From contig CBDAQI010000013.1 of NCBI GenBank assembly GCA_965198945.1, forward strand, positions 160,001 through 224,000: a DNA stretch of 64,000 nucleotides. The letters run 5' to 3'. Both the position numbers and the translations under genes were made by a program. The DNA is from Thermodesulfobacteriota bacterium (lineage in GTDB: Bacteria; Desulfobacterota_D; UBA1144; Nemesobacterales; Mycalebacteriaceae). The notes beneath the pieces are model-generated. The model searched no databases, was not told the origin of the DNA, and saw only the letters and a program-made list of their open reading frames with translations. This document shows, in pieces, positions 29,283-38,418 of this stretch (position 1 is its first letter; the number at the start of each line of letters is the position of its first letter).

Positions 29283-31436
29283 CTATTCAAACACCCTTCC
29301 GCATCTTTCCACTGAAACAACGCCTTCAAGTATTGAAAGAGAATCAATAATTTTTTCCAACTGACATATATCCCGGACTTTCAAAAGAAAATTGTATTTT
29401 CTGCCTTCTTCAAACCTCTTTGTTTCTTTCGTCAGCACTTCCGTGCACTGGGAATCCACTATCTCATTCACCGAGGAAAGAACTTCATCCCTGTCCGTGC
29501 AGGTCACGGAAATACCCGTTGTGGCCTCTCCTTTGAAATCTTTTCTCCATTGCACCGGAACAACTGTTTCCGCATTCATATCATTGTCGCGCATATCACA
29601 ACTTGCCGAATGAACAACAACGCCGCTTCCTCTGGTTATATAGCCCTCTATCCGTTCACCCGGAACCGGCAGACAACAGCCTGAAAACCTTGTCATTGAA
29701 GCTTCGCTGTCTGCAACTATCATTTTTCTGCTCTCCGGGTCTGCGACCTTGCCCAGGATTTTTTCTATTCTGATCATTTTTTCAGGAGTAATTGCCGAAT
29801 CCGGATCAATAATTTTCTGCAAGTCCGTTACGGACGCGCCGCCGAAACCGACCATGCGGAAAAAATCTTCGGGACTGGAAAACCCCAGTTTTTTAAGAGG
29901 TTTGAGAATTTCTCCGGACTCTATCATTGAGTTCAGGTTTCTGCCCGTTGAAGCAAGCCGCCTTTCGCAGATAGAGCGTCCTATATCCAGCGATTTTTCT
30001 CTTCGTGTTTTGGAAAATTCTTTTTTTATCCTGTTTTTCGCCTGCGGGGTAACAACCCATTTCAGCCAGTTTTCCGAAGGCCGCGTATTTTCCGAAACTT
30101 TTATCTCAACAAGATCGCCGGTTTTCAGGTGAGTGTTCAGCGGAACGGACTTTCTGTTGATAATGGCCTCACGGCAGCGGTTGCCTATGCTTGTGTGAAT
30201 ACGATAAGCAAAGTCCAGCGGTGTTGAGCCGACGGGAAGCTCAATCAGCTCGGCTTTCGGGGTGTAAACATATATGACGGTCGGCTCAAGCTCCGCTTTC
30301 AGAGAATGTATAAAGCCCGCGGGGTGAACGCCGTTTTCCGTTTCGGCAAGATCCCCTATTCTTGAAAACTTCTTTCTTATCTCGGCATCGGTTACCCCGC
30401 CCCCCTTGTAACCCCAGTGGGCGGCTATGCCTTTTTCAGCAAACTCGTGCATTTGCCGGGTTCTTATCTGGATTTCCATCTGCTCTCCGTCCGGTGATAT
30501 TACGGTGGTATGGATGGATTGATATCCGTTGCTTTTTGGTAGAGAAATGTAGTCCTTAATCCTGCCCGGCACCGGATTCCACAAACGGTGAACCTCTCCC
30601 AAAGCCAGATAGCAGTCGCTTATGGACTCCGTTATTATACGAAAAGCGATTATGTCATAGAGTTCACTCAACTCAAGATTCTGCCATTTCATTTTTCCGT
30701 ATATGCTGTAAAAGTTTTTCACCCTGCCGAAAACTTCGTTCCTTACCCCCGCATCAAGCAGGCTTTTTGAGATTTTTACCTTTGTCTCTTCTATTTTTCT
30801 CTTGCGTCTTTCCACTCCCTTTTGAAGTTTGTGCTCAATTTTTGCATATTCACGCGGATTGAGAAATTTGAAGGAAAGGTCTTCAAGTTCTGAAGCAAGC
30901 CATCCTATGCCCAGCCTGCGGGCAAGAGGGGCGTAGATTTCCAGGGTTTCTTTTGATATTTTCCTGCGTCTTTCGAGAGAGAGAACTTCAAGGGTTCTCA
31001 TGTTATGAAGCCGGTCGGCAAGCTTTATGAGAACAACCCTGACATCCCTTGCCGTCGCAAGTATAAGTTTTCTGAAATTCTCAGCCTGTCTCTGTTCATC
31101 GCTTGAATAGGAAAGCTCCCCAACTTTTGTCGTCCCGTCCACAAGATGGGAAATTTCATCGCCGAACAACCGTTTGATGTCTTCCTGAGTGGCGAGAGTG
31201 TCTTCAATAGTGTCGTGCAGAAGCCCGGTTGCAACGGTATTATTGTCAAGCCCCATCTGCGCAAGTATGAGTGAAACTTCAAGAGGATGGCTCAGATACG
31301 GCTCCCCGGAAAACCTCTTTTGGCCGGCATGCACCTTGGCGGAATAAACATATGCTTTCTTTATAAGACTGATATCTGATTCCGAAAGGGAACCGCAACG
31401 CCCGGCTTCATCAATAATATCGTTAAGTCTTATCAT
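29283..31436 (-). CDS. Bifunctional (p)ppGpp synthetase/hydrolase (Rel/SpoT)
   Basis: HD domain LLHDTIED, KLADRLHNMRT, RIKD, GYQSIHT, EIQIRT, TGS (TPLDFAYRIH), C-terminal ACT. Confidence 0.96.
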   Translation of the reverse strand: MIRLNDIIDEAGRCGSLSESDISLIKKAYVYSAKVHAGQKRFSGEPYLSHPLEVSLILAQMGLDNNTVATGLLHDTIEDTLATQEDIKRLFGDEISHLVDGTTKVGELSYSSDEQRQAENFRKLILATARDVRVVLIKLADRLHNMRTLEVLSLERRRKISKETLEIYAPLARRLGIGWLASELEDLSFKFLNPREYAKIEHKLQKGVERRKRKIEETKVKISKSLLDAGVRNEVFGRVKNFYSIYGKMKWQNLELSELYDIIAFRIITESISDCYLALGEVHRLWNPVPGRIKDYISLPKSNGYQSIHTTVISPDGEQMEIQIRTRQMHEFAEKGIAAHWGYKGGGVTDAEIRKKFSRIGDLAETENGVHPAGFIHSLKAELEPTVIYVYTPKAELIELPVGSTPLDFAYRIHTSIGNRCREAIINRKSVPLNTHLKTGDLVEIKVSENTRPSENWLKWVVTPQAKNRIKKEFSKTRREKSLDIGRSICERRLASTGRNLNSMIESGEILKPLKKLGFSSPEDFFRMVGFGGASVTDLQKIIDPDSAITPEKMIRIEKILGKVADPESRKMIVADSEASMTRFSGCCLPVPGERIEGYITRGSGVVVHSASCDMRDNDMNAETVVPVQWRKDFKGEATTGISVTCTDRDEVLSSVNEIVDSQCTEVLTKETKRFEEGRKYNFLLKVRDICQLEKIIDSLSILEGVVSVERCGRVFE

Positions 31437-31448
31437 TCAACTTCAGAT

Positions 31449-32051
31449 TCAGTCAGAATATGCCGCTTTGATGCTTTCTATTCTTTCTTTACGGGTTCTA
31501 AACATCTTTATGGCGGACTCAATCTCTTTTTTTGCGTCATCAAGTTTGTCATTCACAATTACGTAGTCGTATTGGTGAATAAGGGAAAGCTCCTGTCTTA
31601 ATGAATCAAGTCTTTTGTTTATGCTGCCCGTATTTTCGGTGTTTCTTTTTCTGAGCCTTTCCTTGAGCCTGGCAATGTCAGGCGGAGCGACAAATATCAA
31701 AACGGCTTCGGGAAATCTGTCTTTAATGCTCCCGGCGCCTTTGACATCCACATCCAGAATTACATCAGCCACTCCTCCCGCGGCCGAAGACGCCTTTTTT
31801 ATCTCATTCCACGGGGTTCCGTAACGGTTTCCGTGAACAACCGCCCATTCGGCGAAATACCCTTCGTTTATAAGGCGGTCAAATGTCTCATCGTCAACAA
31901 AATCATAGTCATTGACATCGCCGTTATCTTCCGGTCTGTGCTCACGCGTTGTACAGGAAATGGAAAAATCCACCTCCGGCATCACACTTCTTATATGTTT
32001 CACAAGTGTTGTTTTGCCGCTCGCGGAGGGACCTGAAATTACAAATATCAT
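31449..32051 (-). CDS. gmk: Guanylate kinase
   Basis: SGPSASGKTT, SCTTR, EWAVVHGNRYGT; TATAAT 9 nt upstream of the ATG. Confidence 0.95.
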   Translation of the reverse strand: MIFVISGPSASGKTTLVKHIRSVMPEVDFSISCTTREHRPEDNGDVNDYDFVDDETFDRLINEGYFAEWAVVHGNRYGTPWNEIKKASSAAGGVADVILDVDVKGAGSIKDRFPEAVLIFVAPPDIARLKERLRKRNTENTGSINKRLDSLRQELSLIHQYDYVIVNDKLDDAKKEIESAIKMFRTRKERIESIKAAYSD

Positions 32052-32085
32052 TGCGGTGCAATTATATCAGAAGGCTTGGAAAAAC

Positions 32086-32763
32086 TTAAAAAGAAGCGAC
32101 ATTCACGGCGTCAAGTTCAGAGACTGATGCAACAACTGTGTCAGCCCGCAAAAGCTCTTCGCGCGGATGTGAATTTGTCACCGCAACACATTTCATCCCC
32201 GCCGCCTTTGCGGCGGAGATCCCATGCGGGGAATCTTCTATTACAACACACTCCCATGCGCGGACTTGACTGCCGGACACCGGTATGGCATTCAATCCTT
32301 TCAGGGCGTGAATAAAAATTTCCGGGTTGGGTTTGCAGCTTTCACAGTCTTCAGCGCTTGCCACAAAGGAAAACAGACTGAGAAGATCTGCACGCAAAAG
32401 TGTTGATTCTATCTCTTTTCTGAGGGCTCCGGAAGCTATTGCAAGAGCAAAACCTGCCGCCGCAAGAGACTTTATAAAATCTTCAATACCCTCAAAAAAA
32501 GGGCAGCTTTCTATCAGTGAAGATGTCACAAGTGATTTTTGACGGGTCAGCTCCGCCACCGTACCGGCATCTGTGTCTTTGCCGTTTTCTCCCAGCAGAG
32601 CCTTGAAGAATGTCTTGTCATCAAGGGCGAGATATTTTGAAAAATAATCGCTTTCGGAAATCTCAATCCCGAGCGGGGAAAGGACATTCCTGAAAGCCTC
32701 CAGATGAACTTCTTCAGTATCGGCAATAACACCGTCAAAATCAAATATAACAACCCTTGCCAT
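32086..32763 (-). CDS. HAD-superfamily phosphatase (beta-PGM/CbbY-like)
   Basis: FDFDGV, KPNPEIF, EDSPHG..AAKAAGM. Confidence 0.9.
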   Translation of the reverse strand: MARVVIFDFDGVIADTEEVHLEAFRNVLSPLGIEISESDYFSKYLALDDKTFFKALLGENGKDTDAGTVAELTRQKSLVTSSLIESCPFFEGIEDFIKSLAAAGFALAIASGALRKEIESTLLRADLLSLFSFVASAEDCESCKPNPEIFIHALKGLNAIPVSGSQVRAWECVVIEDSPHGISAAKAAGMKCVAVTNSHPREELLRADTVVASVSELDAVNVASF

Positions 32764-32820
32764 TGTTAATTTTCCAAAGCAGAATGGTAGGATAGCACAC
32801 TAGACAAGAGGTTTTTATCA

Positions 32821-33156
32821 ATGAGCTACTATGACCCCGAAGATTTGAAAAAATTTGGCGAAGTCGGCGGTTTCGCAAAGGACTTGATGGATAAATTTTT
32901 TGACTATTACAATGCGGCCACATCGGAGGAAGGATCTCTGACAAAACGCGAAAAAGCCCTGATTGCGCTCGCGGTGGCGCATTCAAAGCAGTGTCCTTAC
33001 TGTATAGAAGCCTACACGAACAAATGTATTGAAAGCGGAGCGGGTCCCGAAGAAATGACCGAAGCCGTTCATGTAGCGGCCTCAATGGAGGCGGGAGTGA
33101 AACTGATACACGCTGTTCAGATGCGCAAAACTATGAAGAAAAACGGAGCTATCTGA
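32821..33156 (+). CDS. AhpD/CMD-family peroxidase-like protein of arsenosugar (ArsS) clusters
   Basis: LTKREKALIALAVA…CPYC; YYDPEDLKKF N-terminus; adjacent to arsS. Confidence 0.85.
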   Translation: MSYYDPEDLKKFGEVGGFAKDLMDKFFDYYNAATSEEGSLTKREKALIALAVAHSKQCPYCIEAYTNKCIESGAGPEEMTEAVHVAASMEAGVKLIHAVQMRKTMKKNGAI

Positions 33157-33179
33157 AAACCTTACGGTGAAAAGCTCCG

Positions 33180-34178
33180 ATGATGAAACAAAACAAAGCA
33201 GACAAAGACTTCGTCCGTTTTATAAAAAGATTGGGGATAAGCATAACCCCTCTTTCCGTTAAAACCCTTCAGGTAAACATAACAAAGCTCTGCAATCAGG
33301 CGTGTGTTCACTGCCATGTTGACGCATCTCCGAAACGCACTGAGCAAATGAGCCGGACAACGGTCAACCGCTGTCTGGAAATCCTTGCGGACAAAAAAAT
33401 GGAAATTCTTGATATTACCGGCGGCGCCCCCGAACTGAATCCGCATTTTGATTATTTTGTTGAGAAGGCGGCCGGGCTCGGCAAACGGGTAATAGTCCGT
33501 CACAACCTCACCGTTACACTTGACGGCAATCCCGTGAACGGTGAAAGCAAGGAGTATCTGCCTGAATTTTTTGCCCGGCACGGAGTTGAAGTGGTTTCAT
33601 CTCTGCCTCATTACGATGAGTATTTTACCGACAAGCAGAGAGGGAAAGGGGTTTTTGAAAAGAGTATTCGCGCCGCACTGCTGCTTAATGAACAGGGATA
33701 CGGAAAAGAAAAAAGCGGGCTTGTATTGAATTTTGTCTACAATCCGCCCGGCGAATATCTTCCCTCAGATCAGGATGGTCTTGAAAAAACTTTTAAGGAA
33801 AAACTCAGAAGCAGGCACGGCATCAGCTTCAACAGCCTTTACTGTTTGACAAATATGCCCGTCAACAGGTTCCGGCAGTTTCTAATCAGAAAAAACAAAT
33901 ACGAATCCTACATGGAAAAACTTATCTCATCGTTCAATCCCGCCGCCGCAGAGAGAGTGATGTGCAGAAACATGATAAGCGTTGACCATAAAGGCGCTCT
34001 TTATGATTGTGATTTCAACCAAATGCTGAAAATGGGGGTTGTCCGCAAAGACGGAGAAAAAGCCACCGTATTCAACTCATCGGTTGAAGAAATAACGGGG
34101 CGCGGCATAAAGTTCGGAAGCCACTGTTTCGGCTGCACCGCGGGATGCGGAAGCAGCTGTGGCGGAGAAATTTCTTAA
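33180..34178 (+). CDS. arsS: Arsenosugar biosynthesis radical SAM protein (Cys form)
   Basis: LQVNITKLCNQACVHCHV (CxxxCxxC), DITGGAPELNP, YDCDFNQML, C-terminal HCFGCTAGCGSSCGG. Confidence 0.88.
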   Translation: MMKQNKADKDFVRFIKRLGISITPLSVKTLQVNITKLCNQACVHCHVDASPKRTEQMSRTTVNRCLEILADKKMEILDITGGAPELNPHFDYFVEKAAGLGKRVIVRHNLTVTLDGNPVNGESKEYLPEFFARHGVEVVSSLPHYDEYFTDKQRGKGVFEKSIRAALLLNEQGYGKEKSGLVLNFVYNPPGEYLPSDQDGLEKTFKEKLRSRHGISFNSLYCLTNMPVNRFRQFLIRKNKYESYMEKLISSFNPAAAERVMCRNMISVDHKGALYDCDFNQMLKMGVVRKDGEKATVFNSSVEEITGRGIKFGSHCFGCTAGCGSSCGGEIS

Positions 34179-34250
34179 TTTTTGATTCCGTCCCGCCACA
34201 ACCGGTTCGGGCTGTGAAAATCCCTGAAAACTGATATTATTCAGCCCCGT

Positions 34251-34850
34251 ATGGACACGGTCGCAGTTTTTCTTAAACACCCGACCCCCGGAAGGGTAAA
34301 GACCAGAATCGCAAAAGATATTGGAGCCGTGCGCGCCGCACGGATTTACTCCGCAATGGCTGAAGCCGTTGTTGAGACAATAGCCGGCCAGCATCCCTTC
34401 CACATATTTTATGACCCTCCGGAAAAGAAAAATGAAATTGCGCAATGGCTGGGATTTAGGGAAAATCTTATTGCTCAAAGAGGAAACAGCCTGGGTGAAA
34501 AAATATCAAACGCAATTGATGACTGTCTGGCCGGAGGGAGCCGCAAGGTCGTTGTAATAGGAACGGACTGCATTGAGTTGACATCCGCAATTGTTAAAGA
34601 CTCGTTTAAAAAGCTTGATGAAGCGGACGCCGTAATCGGGCCGTGTGAAGACTGCGGGTATTATCTGATAGGATTAAAACAAAACCACACAAAAATTTTT
34701 GAAGGAATAGATTGGAGCACTGATAAAGTTATGCATCAAACTCTTGAAAAAATGGAAAAACTTTCTCTGAAAACAAGTTTGCTGGAACAACTGCGTGACA
34801 TAGACTCCGTAGAAGACCTCAGCGAAGACATCATGAAAAAAATAAACTGA
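34251..34850 (+). CDS. CofC-like glycosyltransferase (DUF2064 type) associated with ArsS clusters
   Basis: K.P.PGRVKTR, QRG.SLGEK, IGTDC, IGP.ED.GYYLIG, WST, DIDS.EDL. Confidence 0.85.
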   Translation: MDTVAVFLKHPTPGRVKTRIAKDIGAVRAARIYSAMAEAVVETIAGQHPFHIFYDPPEKKNEIAQWLGFRENLIAQRGNSLGEKISNAIDDCLAGGSRKVVVIGTDCIELTSAIVKDSFKKLDEADAVIGPCEDCGYYLIGLKQNHTKIFEGIDWSTDKVMHQTLEKMEKLSLKTSLLEQLRDIDSVEDLSEDIMKKIN

Positions 34851-34862
34851 AAGAGCGGCAAG

Positions 34863-35603
34863 ATGATTGAAACACCGCTTTCCCAACCCGCTTTCACCCT
34901 CGCCTTTCTTGCGGGTGTGGCATCTTTTCTTTCACCCTGCATTTTTCCGCTTATTCCGGGATATCTATCCGCCATTTCGGCAAAAAACTCCCGCAGCGTC
35001 ATGCCTTCGGGCGGGGCTTCTCTGCTTTTTCCGACACTGTTTTTCGTTTCCGGATTTTCAATTGTTTTTTCACTTCTTGGAACATCGGCCTCTTTTTTCG
35101 GCTCTTTTCTGTCATCAAACAGAGAAATTCTTTCAACCGTTTCCGGATCTCTGATAATGATTCTCGGTCTCTTTACAATGGAAGTGGTGAAAATCCCTTT
35201 TCTTCAAAAAGAAACGGCGCGCATTCAGATAAAAAGCGGAAGATCCGTCTATGTGTTCCTTCTCGGATGCGCCTTTGCAATCGGATGGACACCTTGCATA
35301 GGGCCCATGCTTGCTTCAATACTGTCTTATGCGTCTTTTCAAGAACCGGGGAGAGGATTTTTCCTGCTGCTCGTATATTCCCTTGGAATTGGAATGCCGT
35401 TTATTCTCACGGGTCTTTTCTTTTCCAGATGGCGGACGCTTTCGCATGCCGTGCGGAATTATTATCCTTTTTACAAATATATCGTGGGTTCAATGATGGT
35501 GATTGTGGGCTTTTTAATGTCAGCCGACCTTTTGTTCTATCTGAACATATACGGACAGAGAGTGTTTGAACTGCTGGGAATAGATTTCTGGGAGAAAATC
35601 TGA
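34863..35603 (+). CDS. ccdA: CcdA/DsbD-family transmembrane disulfide reductase
   Basis: SFLSPCIFPLIPGY and GWTPCIGP PC motifs; about 6 TM helices. Confidence 0.92.
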   Translation: MIETPLSQPAFTLAFLAGVASFLSPCIFPLIPGYLSAISAKNSRSVMPSGGASLLFPTLFFVSGFSIVFSLLGTSASFFGSFLSSNREILSTVSGSLIMILGLFTMEVVKIPFLQKETARIQIKSGRSVYVFLLGCAFAIGWTPCIGPMLASILSYASFQEPGRGFFLLLVYSLGIGMPFILTGLFFSRWRTLSHAVRNYYPFYKYIVGSMMVIVGFLMSADLLFYLNIYGQRVFELLGIDFWEKI

Positions 35604-35629
35604 TTGTGTGGGGCGCCGGCGTGGAAGTG

Positions 35630-35658
35630 TTGACTAACCGCGTCTGTTTGCTTATATT
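35630..35658 (+). promoter_or_regulatory. Putative sigma70 promoter for the FmdB-like gene
   Basis: TTGACT, 17 nt, TATATT; GGAGGAG RBS before the ATG at 35695. Confidence 0.6.
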
Positions 35659-35694
35659 TTCCTCTAACTTCCACATGCCCCGGAGGAGTTTTAT

Positions 35695-35955
35695 ATGCCT
35701 TGTTATGAATATGAATGTATTAAATGCGGAGACCGGTTTGAGTTTCTCCATCTTGGAAAAGACGATATTGCGAAATGCGAAAAGTGCGGAACCAAAAGGG
35801 TGAAAAAGCTGCCCTCTTCATTTGGTTTTGGATTCAAGGGCTTCGGAGCGCCCTCCGTATCACAGGGTGAACCGGCGGCTATGCCCGGAAAGGAACAGGA
35901 AAGCGCTCAGGGGGGATGCGGATGTTCGTCCGTTTCCTGTGGTTGCTCTTCTTAA
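35695..35955 (+). CDS. FmdB-family zinc-ribbon protein
   Basis: MP.YEYEC..CG..FE…CEKCG…KKLPS; Cys/Gly/Ser-rich tail. Confidence 0.85.
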   Translation: MPCYEYECIKCGDRFEFLHLGKDDIAKCEKCGTKRVKKLPSSFGFGFKGFGAPSVSQGEPAAMPGKEQESAQGGCGCSSVSCGCSS

Positions 35956-35979
35956 CAAAAAATTACGAGAGAAATTAAA

Positions 35980-37269
35980 ATGGCAAAAGAAAAAGACTTA
36001 AAAAAATCCGCTCTGGAATATCACAGGAAAGAAAGAAAAGGAAAACTTGAAGTTCTTCCGACAAAACCGTGTGACACCCAGTGGGACTTGTCTCTCGCAT
36101 ACTCTCCCGGAGTTGCGGAGCCGTGCAGAGAGATAGAAAAAAATCCGGGCGCCGCATATGAATACACCAACAAAGGCAATCTTGTCGGCGTCATTTCAAA
36201 CGGAACGGCCGTTCTGGGGCTCGGCAACATCGGCGCGCTGGCGGGCAAGCCCGTTATGGAGGGCAAAGGTGTTCTGTTCAAAAAATTCGCTGACATTGAC
36301 GCCTACGACATTGACATAAACTGCTCCGACCCGGACCAATTCATTGAAATCGTAAACAGTCTTGAGCCCACCTTCGGAGGAATAAATCTTGAAGATATAA
36401 AAGCTCCGGAGTGCTTCAAGATTGAAGAGGAATTGAAAGAGCGGATGGAAATTCCGGTTTTTCATGATGACCAGCACGGAACGGCCATTATATCGGGCGC
36501 CGGTCTTATAAATGCCTGCGAACTTTCAGGCAAAAACATTGAAGACCTTACAATGGTTTTTAACGGAGCCGGAGCATCGGCAATAGCTTGCGCAGAACTT
36601 TTTATCTCTCTCGGTGTCAAAAGGGAAAACATAATTATGTGCGACAGCCGCGGAGTCATATACGAGGGACGGGGCGAGGGAATGAATCCGCAAAAAGAGA
36701 TGTTCGCGGTTAAAACAACACACAGAACCGTTGAAGATGCCATGAAAGGGGCGCAGTGTTTTGTCGGCCTTTCAAACGGAGGCGCCGTAAGCAAGGATAT
36801 GGTGAGAAGCATGGACAGCAATCCGATAATCTTCGCCATGGCAAATCCCGATCCCGAAATCTCATATGAAGACGCCAAAAGCGCGAGAAATGACGATGTT
36901 ATTATGGCAACCGGAAGGTCTGACTACCCGAATCAGGTCAACAATGTCCTGGGCTTTCCTTTTATATTTCGCGGCGCTCTTGATGTGCGGGCAAAAGCAA
37001 TAAATGAAGAGATGAAAATAGCGGCCGTTCACTCTCTCGCCGCTCTCGCAAAAGAGCCGGTTCCCGAAAGTGTAATAAAAGCCTACGGAGGAGACCCGAT
37101 TGAATTTTCTCCCGATTACATAGTGCCGAAACCGTTTGATCCGCGCGTTCTTGCATGGGAATCGGCTGCGGTCGCCGAGGCGGCAATAAAGTCCGGCTCT
37201 GCAAGAATCAAAATAGACATCAAAAAATACAAGCAGTCGCTTGAGAAAAAGATACAAGACCAGCTTTGA
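35980..37269 (+). CDS. NAD(P)-dependent malic enzyme (no phosphotransacetylase domain)
   Basis: [46 protein letters not shown]. Confidence 0.95.
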   Translation: MAKEKDLKKSALEYHRKERKGKLEVLPTKPCDTQWDLSLAYSPGVAEPCREIEKNPGAAYEYTNKGNLVGVISNGTAVLGLGNIGALAGKPVMEGKGVLFKKFADIDAYDIDINCSDPDQFIEIVNSLEPTFGGINLEDIKAPECFKIEEELKERMEIPVFHDDQHGTAIISGAGLINACELSGKNIEDLTMVFNGAGASAIACAELFISLGVKRENIIMCDSRGVIYEGRGEGMNPQKEMFAVKTTHRTVEDAMKGAQCFVGLSNGGAVSKDMVRSMDSNPIIFAMANPDPEISYEDAKSARNDDVIMATGRSDYPNQVNNVLGFPFIFRGALDVRAKAINEEMKIAAVHSLAALAKEPVPESVIKAYGGDPIEFSPDYIVPKPFDPRVLAWESAAVAEAAIKSGSARIKIDIKKYKQSLEKKIQDQL

Positions 37270-37931
37270 GTTTCCATGCCGTCATTTTTGACATGGACGG
37301 GGTGCTGATAAACAGCGAGCCTCTCTGGGAAGAAACGGAAATCAGACTTCTCAAGTCAATGGGAGCGGAATATGATCCCGCTTTCAGAGACAACGTTGTC
37401 GGTCTCAGTCAGGCTGCCTCGTCAAAACTTATCATCCGCGAATTTGGTTTGAATTGTTCTCCTGGGGAACTGATAAGCCGCCGCGTGGAAATTCTCCTTG
37501 GCATATACGATGAAAAACTCACAATGTTCAAGGGCGCCGGTGAGCTCATTGAAAGTTTGAAAAAGGCGGGATTTCAAACCGGTCTTGCCTCCAGTTCACC
37601 GATGAGAGTAATAAACTATGTGCTTGAAAAGTTTTCTCTTATGACGTTTTTTGACGCCGTAGTTTCGGGAGACTGCGTGGAAAACGGCAAACCCGCGCCG
37701 GACATATATCTGCTTGCGGCGGAGAAACTGGGAACAAAACCGTCGGAATGCATGGCCGTTGAAGACTCTCCCAACGGGGCAAAATCGGCTGTTTCAGCGG
37801 GAATGTTCTGTATAGGAATTCCGGACAAACGTCTCAAACTTGAAGAATTTCAGGTTTGCGACGCAATTTGCAACAGCATGGCCGAGGCAGAACAAATTAT
37901 TTCTCTACAGGATTTTAACGGTCAAAGTTAA
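37266..37931 (+). CDS. HAD-superfamily phosphatase
   Basis: [20 protein letters not shown]. Confidence 0.9.
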   Translation: MSFHAVIFDMDGVLINSEPLWEETEIRLLKSMGAEYDPAFRDNVVGLSQAASSKLIIREFGLNCSPGELISRRVEILLGIYDEKLTMFKGAGELIESLKKAGFQTGLASSSPMRVINYVLEKFSLMTFFDAVVSGDCVENGKPAPDIYLLAAEKLGTKPSECMAVEDSPNGAKSAVSAGMFCIGIPDKRLKLEEFQVCDAICNSMAEAEQIISLQDFNGQS

Positions 37932-38418
37932 ATTTTTTTGGAAAATCAAAATCAACCAGTTTTCCGTTTCCGCCCGAAAGATTAGCCCACAATTCCGCGT
38001 CAGTTTCAATTTGAACAACGCCGCAAGTGGGAACATTTGCTATTGCTTCTCCGCTCAGCAGATTTGACAAGTCCGTTACCGCAAAATTGTGACAGAAAAC
38101 CGCCACCGTTGAGAATTTTTCATCCATTGCCAATTCAACGGCTTGAAGAAGGCTGCCGGCGTCAAAAGTGTAAAAAACTTCATTCGTGATGATTTTTTCG
38201 GGCGGAAAGCCTGCGGATTGGGTTACAAGTTTCGCCGTGTCAAAAGCCCTTTTTGCTGGGCTTGAATACACGGCTTCAAAACTTATCCGTTTTTGTTTCA
38301 AAAGCTCTCCCATTTTCGGAGCGTCAGAAAGTCCACGCTCATTGAGCGGACGGTCAAAGTCCGCAACTTTCCGGGTGCGATCGGACTTCGCGTGTCTTAT
38401 TAAAAAAAGAGTCTTCAT
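37915..38418 (-). CDS. SixA-like histidine phosphatase
   Basis: LIRHAKS, DFDRPLNERG, SSPAKRA, HN. Confidence 0.88.
   Translation of the reverse strand: MKTLFLIRHAKSDRTRKVADFDRPLNERGLSDAPKMGELLKQKRISFEAVYSSPAKRAFDTAKLVTQSAGFPPEKIITNEVFYTFDAGSLLQAVELAMDEKFSTVAVFCHNFAVTDLSNLLSGEAIANVPTCGVVQIETDAELWANLSGGNGKLVDFDFPKKFNFDR

Noticed and set aside
34179..34230. Weak hairpin after arsS as a relic SECIS or terminator
   Set aside because: arsS encodes Cys (TGT), the stem is imperfect, and no U-tract follows.
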